DNA of 64,000 nucleotides from an uncultured Clostridiaceae bacterium (GTDB taxonomy: Bacteria > Bacillota > Clostridia > TANB77 > CAG-508). The notes under the pieces are model-generated. The model was not told where the DNA came from and did not search any database. It saw only the letters and a list, made by a program, of their open reading frames with translations. Within the stretch, counting starts at the first letter, position 1; every line of letters begins with the position of its first letter. Of the stretch, positions 21,068 to 30,683 are shown in pieces. The stretch spans positions 4,798 to 68,797 of the forward strand of contig CANPTO010000011.1 in assembly GCA_947577025.1 (NCBI GenBank), written 5' to 3'. Made by a program: the position numbers and the translations under genes.

Positions 21068-21544
21068 TTATTTTGTTATTGATAAAACTTTATATTTAAG
21101 TACTCCTGCTGGTGCATTTACTTCTACTACTTCGCCTTTTTTTGCTCCTAATAATGCTACCCCTATTGGTGATTCGTTTGATATTCTGTTTTGGCTTAGG
21201 TCTACTTCTGTTGAGCCTACTATTGTATATGTTTCTTCTTCGTCAAATTCCATATCTAATATTTTTACTACATTTCCTACTTGTACTGTTTTTGTGTCTA
21301 TTTCTGATTCATCTATTATTTTTGCATAGCGTATTTTGTTTTCTAGGTCTGCTATTTTTGCCTCGTTTTCTGCTTGGGCTGTTTTTGCTTCGTCATATTC
21401 TGAGTTTTCTGAAAGGTCTCCAAAGCCTAGAGCTATTTTTATACGTTCTGCTACTTCTGCTCTTTTTTCTGTTCTTAAATATTCTAATTCTTTTTCTAGT
21501 TTGTCATATCCTTCTTGTGTTAATAATACTGCTTTTTCTTCCAT
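21068..21544 (-). CDS. greA: Transcription elongation factor GreA
   Basis: LTQEGYDKLEKELEYLRTEKRAEVAERIKIALGFGDLSENSEYDEAK is the canonical GreA coiled coil. 158 aa. Confidence 0.92.
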   Translation of the reverse strand: MEEKAVLLTQEGYDKLEKELEYLRTEKRAEVAERIKIALGFGDLSENSEYDEAKTAQAENEAKIADLENKIRYAKIIDESEIDTKTVQVGNVVKILDMEFDEEETYTIVGSTEVDLSQNRISNESPIGVALLGAKKGEVVEVNAPAGVLKYKVLSITK

Positions 21545-21594
21545 AAAGCATTCCTCCTTAATTAATGTTATTTCTCTATAATCGCTTTTCTATA

Positions 21595-22515
21595 TTAATT
21601 CAGTTTTTGCAATTTGTCAAGTTCTTTTTGTATATTTAATAATTCTTTTGTATTTATAATTCCGTTATTTCCTATTATATTTGTTATTTCTATTTTATTT
21701 TCTTCTATTTTTTGTATGTTTTCTATATACTTTGAACTTATTGTTTCAAAGCTTGTATATATATCTTCTTCGTTAAATTCATTACACAGTTCTTCATGAT
21801 TTGGCTTATTTTCTATCTTTATATTTATGTCATTTATTATAATTCCTTGAAAATATTTTATTTCTACTTTTTCATTTGTACAGTTTATTAATATTGCGTT
21901 TCTATTTATTGTGTATTCTTGTAACTTTTCACTTTTGAAATCTAAGTTTATTATTATATTTGCTCTTTTTAAACTTTTATTTTTATTATTCGCTACTGTT
22001 ATTAATATTCCTTGTTCATTATATATTTTATTTTCTAATATATTATATTTTTGTGTGCTGTTTGTGACTATGTTTAGTGTTTTTACTTTGTCTAGCAAAT
22101 ATGTTATTATTTCTATATTTTGCTTATTATAGTTATCTGCTAAAATATGTATGTTTTGTAGTTCTACTTTTTTGCCTGCCTTTTCTATACTATATTTTAG
22201 TATTTCATATATGTAGTATATTATTGGTTTCTTTTCTTTGGGCAGTCCTAAATCTTTTTCATATTTTTTTAGTTCTTTTGATAATATTATTTTTTCTTTT
22301 GGTTTTTTATTAATAATTTTTTGTATTGTTTTTATTTTTTTTACTTTTGGTATGATATATAGTGTATGTTTTTCATCTATTTTTTTTAATGTTATTATAT
22401 TAAATTTTTTTATAAATTTTATAATTATCTTTTTTAAAAATATAGGCATGTCTATATTTTGGGCTAGTTCTTCATCTTTTTTTAATTCTTTTATATATAT
22501 GTACATAAAAATCAC
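21595..22515 (-). CDS. hypothetical K/I/N-rich protein
   Basis: 306-aa ORF, no family recognised. Start uncertain. Confidence 0.4.
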   Translation of the reverse strand: MIFMYIYIKELKKDEELAQNIDMPIFLKKIIIKFIKKFNIITLKKIDEKHTLYIIPKVKKIKTIQKIINKKPKEKIILSKELKKYEKDLGLPKEKKPIIYYIYEILKYSIEKAGKKVELQNIHILADNYNKQNIEIITYLLDKVKTLNIVTNSTQKYNILENKIYNEQGILITVANNKNKSLKRANIIINLDFKSEKLQEYTINRNAILINCTNEKVEIKYFQGIIINDINIKIENKPNHEELCNEFNEEDIYTSFETISSKYIENIQKIEENKIEITNIIGNNGIINTKELLNIQKELDKLQKLN

Positions 22516-22550
22516 CTACATAATTATATGTAAGTAATTCTTATTTATTC

Positions 22551-24212
22551 TTATTTGCTTATTTCTTCTTTTACTATATTCCATATATTTGGGCTTTCAA
22601 AGTCTTTTTGCCAATATGCTGCTCCTGCTAAGTTATATTTGTGCATTAATTTAAATTTTTCTTTTATTGATGTTTCTTCTTCTAGCCACATTTTATATGT
22701 GCTTCCATTTTTTTGATATTCTATATAGTATTGTTTTGTGTCGTCATCCCATGTTTTTTGCGCTGTTTGTGGTATGTATGTTTCTATACTTTTCATAAGT
22801 ACTACATCACTTTTTATTTCATTTGAATTTTCTTTCCATAAACGTGTATAAAATGGCATTCCTAATATTAGTTTTTCTTCTTTAACTCCCTCTTGCCCTA
22901 AGAATTTTTTGATATTTACTTCTACCCAATCTGCTCCTGCTGTTGTTCCTGCTTTTGTTGATGATATTCCATATTGGTCATATGCCATAAATATTATATA
23001 GTCTGCTACTTGCCCTATTTTATACCTATTATAACATAGTGACCATTCTGGACTTCCATCTGGTGCTGTTACATCTACACTTAATACTTTTCCATATTCT
23101 TTTAGGCGTGGTGCTAGTTCTATTATGAATCTAGAAAATACGTTTTTGTCCTCTTCTTTCATGTATTCAAAGTCTATATTTATTCCGTCTATATCATATG
23201 TTGTTGATAAATTTACTATATTATTTATTAATTTTTCTCTTAGTTTATAGTCATTTAGTATTTGTGATGTTTTTTCTTTTCCTACTTCATTGTTTGACAC
23301 TGCTGCCCATATTTTATATTTATTTTCATGTGCCCAATTTATATAATTTTTTCCTGCTTCTCCTATTTTTGTTTGTAGCTCTGCTTGTTCATTTTTTACA
23401 TAAGCAAATGATGGTGATACTACATTTATTCCTTCTATTTTTTCATTTCTTGTTGGTACTACACTTGTGTAATAGTCCCATGCTAAGCTTACTTTTCCTT
23501 TTATTTGTTTTTCGTCTTCCATATTTTCTCTTGCATTATATATATTTGTAACTTCTTTTGTATATCCAATATTTCCGTTTTTTGTTCTTATTTTATACCA
23601 GCCATCTTGATTTTCTATAACTACTACATTTTCTCCTTTTTTTACTTTTTCTATAGTTTTTGAAAATATTGTTGGCTTGTATTTTATGCTCGCATCTTTT
23701 TGAGTATTACCTATTTTTTGTTCTTTATTTAATGAGTCTATTGTTACTATTTGACTTTCTTTTGTATACTTAATTTCTACATTATATACTTTTTGCATTT
23801 CTGAAAATGGTAGATAATATGTTCCATCTTTTTTTATTGCACTACCATAAATTTTTACTTTAGAACTATTTATATACATTTCCTTTTTATTAATTTCTAA
23901 TGTTGCAACTTTTGTATTTGATGTTGTTATTATTTGATTATAGTCATTGTCATAATATATGTCTCCATCAAAGAAGTTTTCTATGTCTTTGAATGATATG
24001 TATATTATTTCATTTTCATCTACAATGACATCATTTTTTAATTTTTTGGTTACATTACTATTATTTATAATTAATTGTATTTTTCCTTTTAGTTCTGTTT
24101 CTTGGATATAGTTTGGTGCTATATTTATTACTACTCCTATACACGCTAAAAATATTATAACTACTATTATTTTTACTAACATATTTCCTTTTTTCTTTTC
24201 TTTTGATCTCAT
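22551..24212 (-). CDS. GH18 glycoside hydrolase with N-terminal stalk and SH3-like domains (YaaH/YdhD-like)
   Basis: TM anchor, SH3b-like ENQDGWYKIRTKNGNIGYT, and a GH18 catalytic motif DGINIDFEYM. Confidence 0.75.
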   Translation of the reverse strand: MRSKEKKKGNMLVKIIVVIIFLACIGVVINIAPNYIQETELKGKIQLIINNSNVTKKLKNDVIVDENEIIYISFKDIENFFDGDIYYDNDYNQIITTSNTKVATLEINKKEMYINSSKVKIYGSAIKKDGTYYLPFSEMQKVYNVEIKYTKESQIVTIDSLNKEQKIGNTQKDASIKYKPTIFSKTIEKVKKGENVVVIENQDGWYKIRTKNGNIGYTKEVTNIYNARENMEDEKQIKGKVSLAWDYYTSVVPTRNEKIEGINVVSPSFAYVKNEQAELQTKIGEAGKNYINWAHENKYKIWAAVSNNEVGKEKTSQILNDYKLREKLINNIVNLSTTYDIDGINIDFEYMKEEDKNVFSRFIIELAPRLKEYGKVLSVDVTAPDGSPEWSLCYNRYKIGQVADYIIFMAYDQYGISSTKAGTTAGADWVEVNIKKFLGQEGVKEEKLILGMPFYTRLWKENSNEIKSDVVLMKSIETYIPQTAQKTWDDDTKQYYIEYQKNGSTYKMWLEEETSIKEKFKLMHKYNLAGAAYWQKDFESPNIWNIVKEEISK

Positions 24213-24224
24213 AATTTGCTCCTT

Positions 24225-24923
24225 TTATAGTTTATTTTCTTTAAAATATTTTTCAATTTCTTTTACACATATTTCTATATTTTGTAGCATTTCTTCTTGT
24301 GAAAGAACTTTATATTCTAGGTTTAATTTTTCTACTCCTTTTTTTACAATATTTAAATATTTTATTGCTTCTTTAATGTCTTGTTTTGTTACTTCTATTA
24401 CTGATATTTGTTTTGCTTTGTCATAAAGTTCCTCTTTATATTCTGGTATATCTATTAGGTTATTTAAATATATATAATTAGTAAAAATTTTGAAGTCATT
24501 CGTTTTTATTTTTCTTCTTTCTTCTCCATCTACTATTGCTTTTTCGCCATTTTTTAGTTGTAAGCCTATTAACTCTGAATTTTTATTATATATTCCATGT
24601 TTTTCATATACTAGATTGTTCCAGTACAAATCTGTTAATAAATGTGTAATATAGCCTTTAACTATTTCTTCTTTTAAATTTTCTTTATTATCCTCAATAA
24701 ATTTTTTTATATTATAATACATTACTTTGCCTGTTTTAGCATATTTTTCTTGTGTATAATAATGTGTGTCTTTATGTGATATTATTTTTGATACATTTGG
24801 TATTAGATGTCCATTATTAATATCTACAATTATATTTCCGACTAAGAAACTATTATAGTCTTTTATATTTATTTTTTCACTCACTTTTTTTGCAACTAAT
24901 AAGTGCATTCCCCATGCTGGCAT
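24225..24923 (-). CDS. hypothetical metal-dependent hydrolase-like protein (possibly the zinc phospholipase C-like fold)
   Basis: Begins MPAWGMHLLVAKK and has His-rich patches (SHKDTHYY, ITHLLTDLYW). The assignment is tentative. Confidence 0.35.
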   Translation of the reverse strand: MPAWGMHLLVAKKVSEKINIKDYNSFLVGNIIVDINNGHLIPNVSKIISHKDTHYYTQEKYAKTGKVMYYNIKKFIEDNKENLKEEIVKGYITHLLTDLYWNNLVYEKHGIYNKNSELIGLQLKNGEKAIVDGEERRKIKTNDFKIFTNYIYLNNLIDIPEYKEELYDKAKQISVIEVTKQDIKEAIKYLNIVKKGVEKLNLEYKVLSQEEMLQNIEICVKEIEKYFKENKL

Positions 24924-25255
24924 TTTTTTACCTCCTTATGCTCTCTATTTTAATATTATATTTAAACAAAATCAATAGAATTTTTTATAAAATTTCATTT
25001 TATATGGTCTGTTTGATTGAGTAGACATATATGTTACCACATATGTCTACTCAATCTCTGTTTTCTGTATTATCACATTTCTTTCATCCTATTAATTTTC
25101 TCCAAATCGTTACTTGACTACTGGTTATATAACTATTATAATATTTATTGATGATTAATATCGTATTTAAAACGATAAACTATATTAAAAGTTTATACTA
25201 TTTAATATTTTTTTATAAATAGTCAATAATAAAATTATAGGAGGAACAAAAGAAA

Positions 25256-26741
25256 ATGCAAAAAATTAGAAATAGGAAATATCAATTTAGGAGTAATAAT
25301 TTATCATTTAATCATGGAATTACTTTAATATCTCTTGTGATTACAATAATATTACTTATAATATTGGCAGGTGTAGGAATAAACTTAGCCCTAGGAGAAA
25401 ATGGACTATTTAACAAAGCAAAATATGCAAAAGAAAAGTATTTGAATTCACAAGTTGAAGAAGAAAAAGCATTAAATGAACTATACGAGGAACTAGGTTT
25501 ATTAGGCGACTTACCTGAAAATACCCCTGAAACAGAAGCAGGAAAAATTGTTAGATTGCCAAATAATTGGGAAACTACTTTGCCAGCATATGTATCTGAT
25601 AAAGATGGAAAAGAAATAATATCGAGCAAAAAGGTAGCTAGTGTATATGCAGTAAGTGTAGGAAACGGAAACACAATACCAGTTCCATTAGGTTTTTACT
25701 ATGTAGGGGGAACAATTAATAGTGGTGTAGTAATATCTGATAATAAAGAAGATCAAAATAAATATGCAGGAAAAGAAGATGTAAGTAAAGAATTAAAAGG
25801 TAATCAATTTGTATGGATCCCATGTTCAATAGATGACTATCATAAAATAGATTTTGGGAAAGAAAATGCTAAATGGGATGTAGAAGGACAAGCAGCTGAA
25901 TATCCACAAATAAGAAAATATAGTGGTTTTTATATAGGAAGATATGAAGCAGGAGTAGCAACATTAAACAAGGAAAAGAAAGCAAACGGAGAAACATATC
26001 CATTTGATGATAGTGTAACATTTGATGGAGGAAAATCATTATTTGAAGCAGTAGCAAGACAAACAGGAATAAATAGTGATTTTGGATGGCAAAATTATGA
26101 TTTTACAGCAAGGAGAACAGGAACCCCAGTAACTACAGGAACCAATAAAGCTATCCGGAAATGTTGTCGTAAAAGCAAATAGTATACCATATTACCATGC
26201 AGATTATTATACAGCAGTAGAAATGAGCGAAAGAATGTATAGTAATAATAATTATGTAAAAAGTGGACTAGTAACAGGAACCCAATGGGATATGATGATG
26301 AAATATATGAGAGATACAGGAAATGTAGATATATTAACATCCACATGGGGAAATTACGATAATGTATCATTAACAAATTTAATTGGATACTATACAAATC
26401 TAAATAGTTCTAGTGGAGCAACAGATGGATTTAAGAATACAGAAGCATTAACAACAAACTCAGGAACAAGCTCATATGTATTATTAACAACAGGTTCAAC
26501 TGAACAAGTAAAGAAAATGAATCTATATGATGTGGCTGGAAACTTATGGGAGTGGACACAGGAAGCCTCATATGCAGATAATTTAGACTATAACATGAAT
26601 ACAACCTACAACACATATATGCTTCGTGGTGGTGCTTTCGGCAGTGCGTCTTCGGCTTACCCTGCAGCTTACCGTGCTTACGATTACGCACCTGATACCT
26701 CCGCTGACCGTGGGTTCCGCCTTGCTCTTTATCTTCAGTAG
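25256..26741 (+). CDS. Pilin-like N-terminal module fused to an FGE-sulfatase/SUMF1-like domain. The frame is broken at CGG 26156-26158.
   Basis: N-terminus ..NHGITLISLVITIILLIILAGVGINLALGENGLFNKAKYAKEKY. The C-terminus has NLYDVAGNLWEWTQE and RGGAFGS..DRGFRLALY, the FGE-domain hallmarks. ORFs 25256..26182 and 26223..26741 join if ATC-C-GGA AAT is read as ..NKAIGNVVVKANSIPYYHADYYTAVEMSERMY. Confidence 0.7.
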
Positions 26742-27209
26742 AACTCAACGCTTACAGGCGATAGAAAGATTTTGGATGTTTCACAAATCTTTCCTTGTAC
26801 CAAACACTTTCTCTAAAATATAGTAAAATCAAGTTATTTAGAGTTCAAAAGTCTGTGTAGTAGAACATAAAAATCGTAAAATTAGATTTAATTTTACGAT
26901 TTTTATGTAGAATAAGCATGTTAAAAATGATGGATGTCATTACACAAATTATGCAAAATAAAATTAAAGACCCTAGAGGGCAAAATTGAACTTCAGTTTA
27001 AAATCAATATACTTGTAATAGCAGAGGTTAAAGATAGTGAGACCTAGATCAAAATAAGCATTGATTATCCTATCAAAGTTTTAAATGAAGAAAATAAAAC
27101 ACTAAATAATAAGCTAAATGTAATTTAACTTATTATTTAGTGTTTTACTTCTTTTTATTTATATTATAAATTTACTTCTAATAACTAGTATGTTTGAAAT
27201 TGCTTGTAG

Positions 27210-27596
27210 CTATTGTTTTTTTATTTTAGGTTTAGCAATTAAAGAAGCTAAATAGCCGAAGAATACAGCAGCAGCAATTCCACCTGCGGCAGCTTTAACT
27301 CCACCTATAAAAGCACCTAAAAGTCCCTGATCTTTTACAGCTTCAATTGCTCCTTTAGCAAGGTTAGCGCCAAAACCTGTAAGTGGAACAGTAGCACCAC
27401 AACCTGCAAAATCGATAATATATTTATAAATACCAAGACCTCCTAGAATTGCTCCAACTGTAACAAATACAACTAAAATTCTAGCAGGAGTTAACTTTGT
27501 TTTATCAATTAGTATTTGTCCAATTATACAAATACCTCCTCCTACAACAAAGCAACGAAGTAGCTGTAGCCAATCAATACTTTGTAAAAATTCCAT
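27210..27596 (-). CDS. spoVAEB: Stage V sporulation protein AEb
   Basis: LLRCFVVGGGICIIGQILIDKTKLTPARILVVFV..FAGCGATVPLTGFGANLAKG. It is the last gene of the spoVAC-AD-AE cluster. Confidence 0.85.
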   Translation of the reverse strand: MEFLQSIDWLQLLRCFVVGGGICIIGQILIDKTKLTPARILVVFVTVGAILGGLGIYKYIIDFAGCGATVPLTGFGANLAKGAIEAVKDQGLLGAFIGGVKAAAGGIAAAVFFGYLASLIAKPKIKKQ

Positions 27597-27750
27597 AAAA
27601 ATCTCCTTTCATTTCCTATTGCACATTTTTTTCCTAAGTTAGCTGTAACTTGTGTTTAGTTAGAGCTGCTAACTTTTTTAATGTGTATCTGGCATTTTGG
27701 TAACTAACATTTTTAGTAATTTTTCTAAAAAATATTCTTTATATTAGTAC

Positions 27751-28756
27751 TTAGTTTTCTATTGCTATGGCATGTGCTATTCCGTGGAATACTTTCGCCT
27801 TGTTGACTACTTGTTGAGTTTGTTAATGCTCCTGTAGCAACTAATAAAACTTTATTTATTTTCTTTTCTTGTAATTGTTTGTATATATATCCTGAAAATA
27901 CTGTTGCTATACAACCACAACCACTGCCACCTGAATGTGTGTCTTGAGTGGATTTGTCAAATATTAGTACTCCACAGTCATTGTAGTTACCACTAATATT
28001 ATACCCTTTTGTTTTGCATAAATCTTTTACTATATCTTTTCCTATATAGCCTAAGTCTCCTGTTAATATTACATCATAATAACTTGGTTTTCTTCCTGTG
28101 TCTTCAAAGTGTGTTATTAGTGTGTCAAATGCTGCTGGTGCCATTGCTGCTCCCATATTATTTGCATCTTTAATTCCCATATCTACTATTTTGCCTGGTG
28201 TAATATGTGTTATAAATGGTCCATTGCCATCTTTTGATAATACTGCTGCTCCAGAGCCTGTTACTGTCCATTGAGAAGTAGGTGGTCTTTGATTTCCTAG
28301 TTCTAGTGGAAACCTAAATTGCTTTTCTGCACTACAAAAATGGCTTGATGTTGAGCATAAAATATTTTTTGCGGCTCCTGCATCTATAAATACACTTCCT
28401 AAACACATGCTTTCAACAAATGTTGAACATGCCCCAAACACTCCAAAAAATGGAATATTTATGTCTCTTAATCCAAAACTTGAAGATATACATTGATTTA
28501 GTAGGTCTCCTGCAAAGCAAAAGTCTATTTCTGATGATGAAATATTAGACTTTGCAATTGCCATATTTACAGTTTCTTTTATTATTTTACTTTCTGCTTT
28601 TTCCCAAGTTTTTTCACCCCAAAATTCGTCATCTAAGCATTTATCAAAATACTTAGCAAGTGGACCTTCTGATTCTTTTGGTCCAACTATAGAAGCGACT
28701 TCAGTTATTGTAGGTGGTGAATCAAATTTTATTGTTTGTTTACCTAATTTATTCAT
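27751..28756 (-). CDS. spoVAD: Stage V sporulation protein AD. The frame is broken 10 codons before the stop at CGG 27782-27784.
   Basis: Thiolase-like SpoVAD (..FFGVFGACSTFVES..GGSGCGC..). The 0 frame ends GESIPRNSTCHSNRKLSTNIKNIF*. Reading CCA-C-GGA ATA instead gives the typical end GESIPGIAHAIAIEN*, with the stop at 27751-27753. Confidence 0.85.
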
Positions 28757-28783
28757 AAAAAAATCATTCCTTTCGTTATAGAA

Positions 28784-28954
28784 TTTGGAAATTGGAGGTT
28801 GGAAATATTAGGATTGTAGGGGTCGCTACTCAAGGGCAAACGGCGTAGCAAAGCTACTTTTGTTCTAGTATAGGAAAATCGCCCCTACAAAACCAAAAAG
28901 CCAAATAATATATATTAATCTAAATTATTAATAATTTCCAGCCTCCAACTTCTG
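28784..28954. repeat. Compound intergenic element between spoVAC and spoVAD
   Basis: Inverted heptamer-repeat arms (TTTGGAAATTGGAGGTTGGAAAT / ATTTCCAGCCTCCAACTTCTG) enclose a segment bounded by inverted GTAGGGG heads (28816 GTAGGGGTCGC ... GCGCCCCTAC 28888). Confidence 0.65.
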
Positions 28955-29404
28955 CTACGCAAACAGTGTAGCTATAATTCCAATAATTACTGAAGCAGAT
29001 ATACCATATACAAGTACTGGACCTGCTACTGTAAACATCTTTCCTCCTACACCCATAACATATCCTTCTGATTTGTATTCTATTGCAGGTGAAACAATTG
29101 AGTTTGCAAAGCCTGTTATTGGTATTAGTGAGCCTGCTCCAGCAAATTTTCCTATTTTATTAAATATATTTAAACCTGTTAAAAATGCTGCTATACCTAT
29201 TAATACTATTGCAACAACAGTATTAGAGGATTGCTGCTCTAACCCTTTATATTTGCAAAAGTCAAATATAATTTGCCCAATAGAACAAATTAGACCTCCA
29301 ACCCAAAATGCATTAAAGCAGTTTTTTAGTATGGGTGAGTTTGGAGACTTTTTGTCTACATATTCGTTATATTTTTGTGGATTTTCTAATGGATTTTCAC
29401 TCAT
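28955..29404 (-). CDS. spoVAC: Stage V sporulation protein AC
   Basis: NCFNAFWVGGLICSIGQIIFD..FAGAGSLIPITGFANSIVSPAIEYKSEGYVMGVGGKMFTVAGPVLVYG. Confidence 0.88.
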   Translation of the reverse strand: MSENPLENPQKYNEYVDKKSPNSPILKNCFNAFWVGGLICSIGQIIFDFCKYKGLEQQSSNTVVAIVLIGIAAFLTGLNIFNKIGKFAGAGSLIPITGFANSIVSPAIEYKSEGYVMGVGGKMFTVAGPVLVYGISASVIIGIIATLFA

Positions 29405-29437
29405 AAATAATCACTTTCCTTTCCAAAAATTTATTTT

Positions 29438-29644
29438 TTAGTCTCTGTCTCTTTCGATAGTAAAAGATAAGTCTAAATCTACATAGTATTCTGCAATCTT
29501 TTTGCCGCTTACTTTTGCTCGTTGCTCTATTATTTTCACATTTGTAATGTAATCTATAGTTTTAGAAGCCTCAGCCACAGTTTGTACTATAGCATCCTTC
29601 CATGAAATAGTTGAAGTACCAGTAACAAAAATATGTTTTTCCAT
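29438..29644 (-). CDS. Dodecin-family small protein
   Basis: 68 aa, with HIFVTGTSTISWKDAIVQTVAEASKTIDYITNVKIIEQRAKVSGKKIAEYYVDLDLSF resembling dodecin. Confidence 0.6.
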   Translation of the reverse strand: MEKHIFVTGTSTISWKDAIVQTVAEASKTIDYITNVKIIEQRAKVSGKKIAEYYVDLDLSFTIERDRD

Positions 29645-29935
29645 AAAAATTAAACCTCCATTATCTTAAAATTCTAGAAAAATGTATTTTATTTATGTTT
29701 ATTTAATAATATAATGCATATAATATTAGAATTAGTTATTAAAATATAAAAATTTCTAGTTGTATTTGTCTTTTAACAATATGTTTTCCTAGATTTTTTA
29801 TTTTTATACAAATTTTATAAAAAACTATATGTTTTTACTTTTTATTCTATTTTTTATTATTAAAAACACAAATAGTAGCCAGACACAAGACCACCCCCCT
29901 ATATTTTTAAATTGATTTTTCATATACTACACAAA

Positions 29936-30015
29936 GGGGCTGTAAAAAAGTAAGTCAAAGAGGACGGGGGAATTGTCAATTCCCCGTCCTCTTTGACTTA
30001 CTTTTTTACAGCCCC
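29936..30015 (-). terminator. 80-nt near-perfect hairpin directly after the NUDIX gene stop
   Basis: GGGGCTGTAAAAAAGTAAGTCAAAGAGGACGGGGGAATTG / CAATTCCCCGTCCTCTTTGACTTACTTTTTTACAGCCCC. It has the same outer clamp as the hairpin at 7140..7271. Confidence 0.5.
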
Positions 30016-30024
30016 TTTTTATGA

Positions 30025-30585
30025 CTAGAACTGTTCTATTAATTTTTTATATGTATTTTCCATCTTCCATTCATCTTTCACCTCTGCCTGCAGTTTCTGA
30101 ACTTCAATCCATTTTAAACCATTATTCTCGTCTGGCTTAATTATAAGTTCTTCGTCCTCATCTGCTTCGCCTACAAATGCTACGTCTAAGTGTACATGTG
30201 ATGAAACATATTTGCCATTTTTAATATGGCCTCCTATTGGAATGCTTGTTAAGGCTGCAATATTTTCATTATTTATTAAATAATGACTTTTTATGCTTGC
30301 CTCTTCTTGCACTTCACGAAGTGCAACAGATTTTAAATTTGCAATTCCATCTGCATGACCTCCGAGCCATGACCATGACTTATCTATTAGATGATAGCAC
30401 ATGAGCACTTTCGTGTGTTCCTTGTTAAAGATAAATACAGATGTAGTAAAATGTCCTGATAAACATTTACGCTCAAGAGCTTTCTTTCCAAAATGCTCTA
30501 TATACCAAAGCATTTGCTCCTTATCCCGTGCTTCTTGTTCGTTGTACGGTTTATAGCTTTCTATCATTTCTTTTAATTTTTCCAT
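30025..30585 (-). CDS. NUDIX hydrolase
   Basis: Nudix box GGHADGIANLKSVALREVQEEASI. It contains an in-frame CGG (30526-30528, GCA CGG GAT). Confidence 0.8.
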   Translation of the reverse strand: MEKLKEMIESYKPYNEQEARDKEQMLWYIEHFGKKALERKCLSGHFTTSVFIFNKEHTKVLMCYHLIDKSWSWLGGHADGIANLKSVALREVQEEASIKSHYLINNENIAALTSIPIGGHIKNGKYVSSHVHLDVAFVGEADEDEELIIKPDENNGLKWIEVQKLQAEVKDEWKMENTYKKLIEQF

Positions 30586-30683
30586 AGGTACCTCCTTATG
30601 GATGTTGGTAGAAAAATAATTTTAATTATTTTCCTTAGTTACTATTGTTTACTAGAATAGTTTACTACATTTTACATAACTTG

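Noticed and set aside
25256-26741. A prophage or tail-fibre interpretation of the pilin-like, Big_2 and discoidin proteins.
   Set aside because: No capsid, terminase, integrase or other phage genes are adjacent to any of the three loci. Their neighbours are housekeeping genes.
26930-27010. A short plus-strand ORF (MLKMMDVITQIMQNKIKDPRGQN) in the 450-nt spacer before spoVAEb.
   Set aside because: It has no convincing RBS, is only 23 codons long, and sits in an AT-rich spacer dominated by hairpins.
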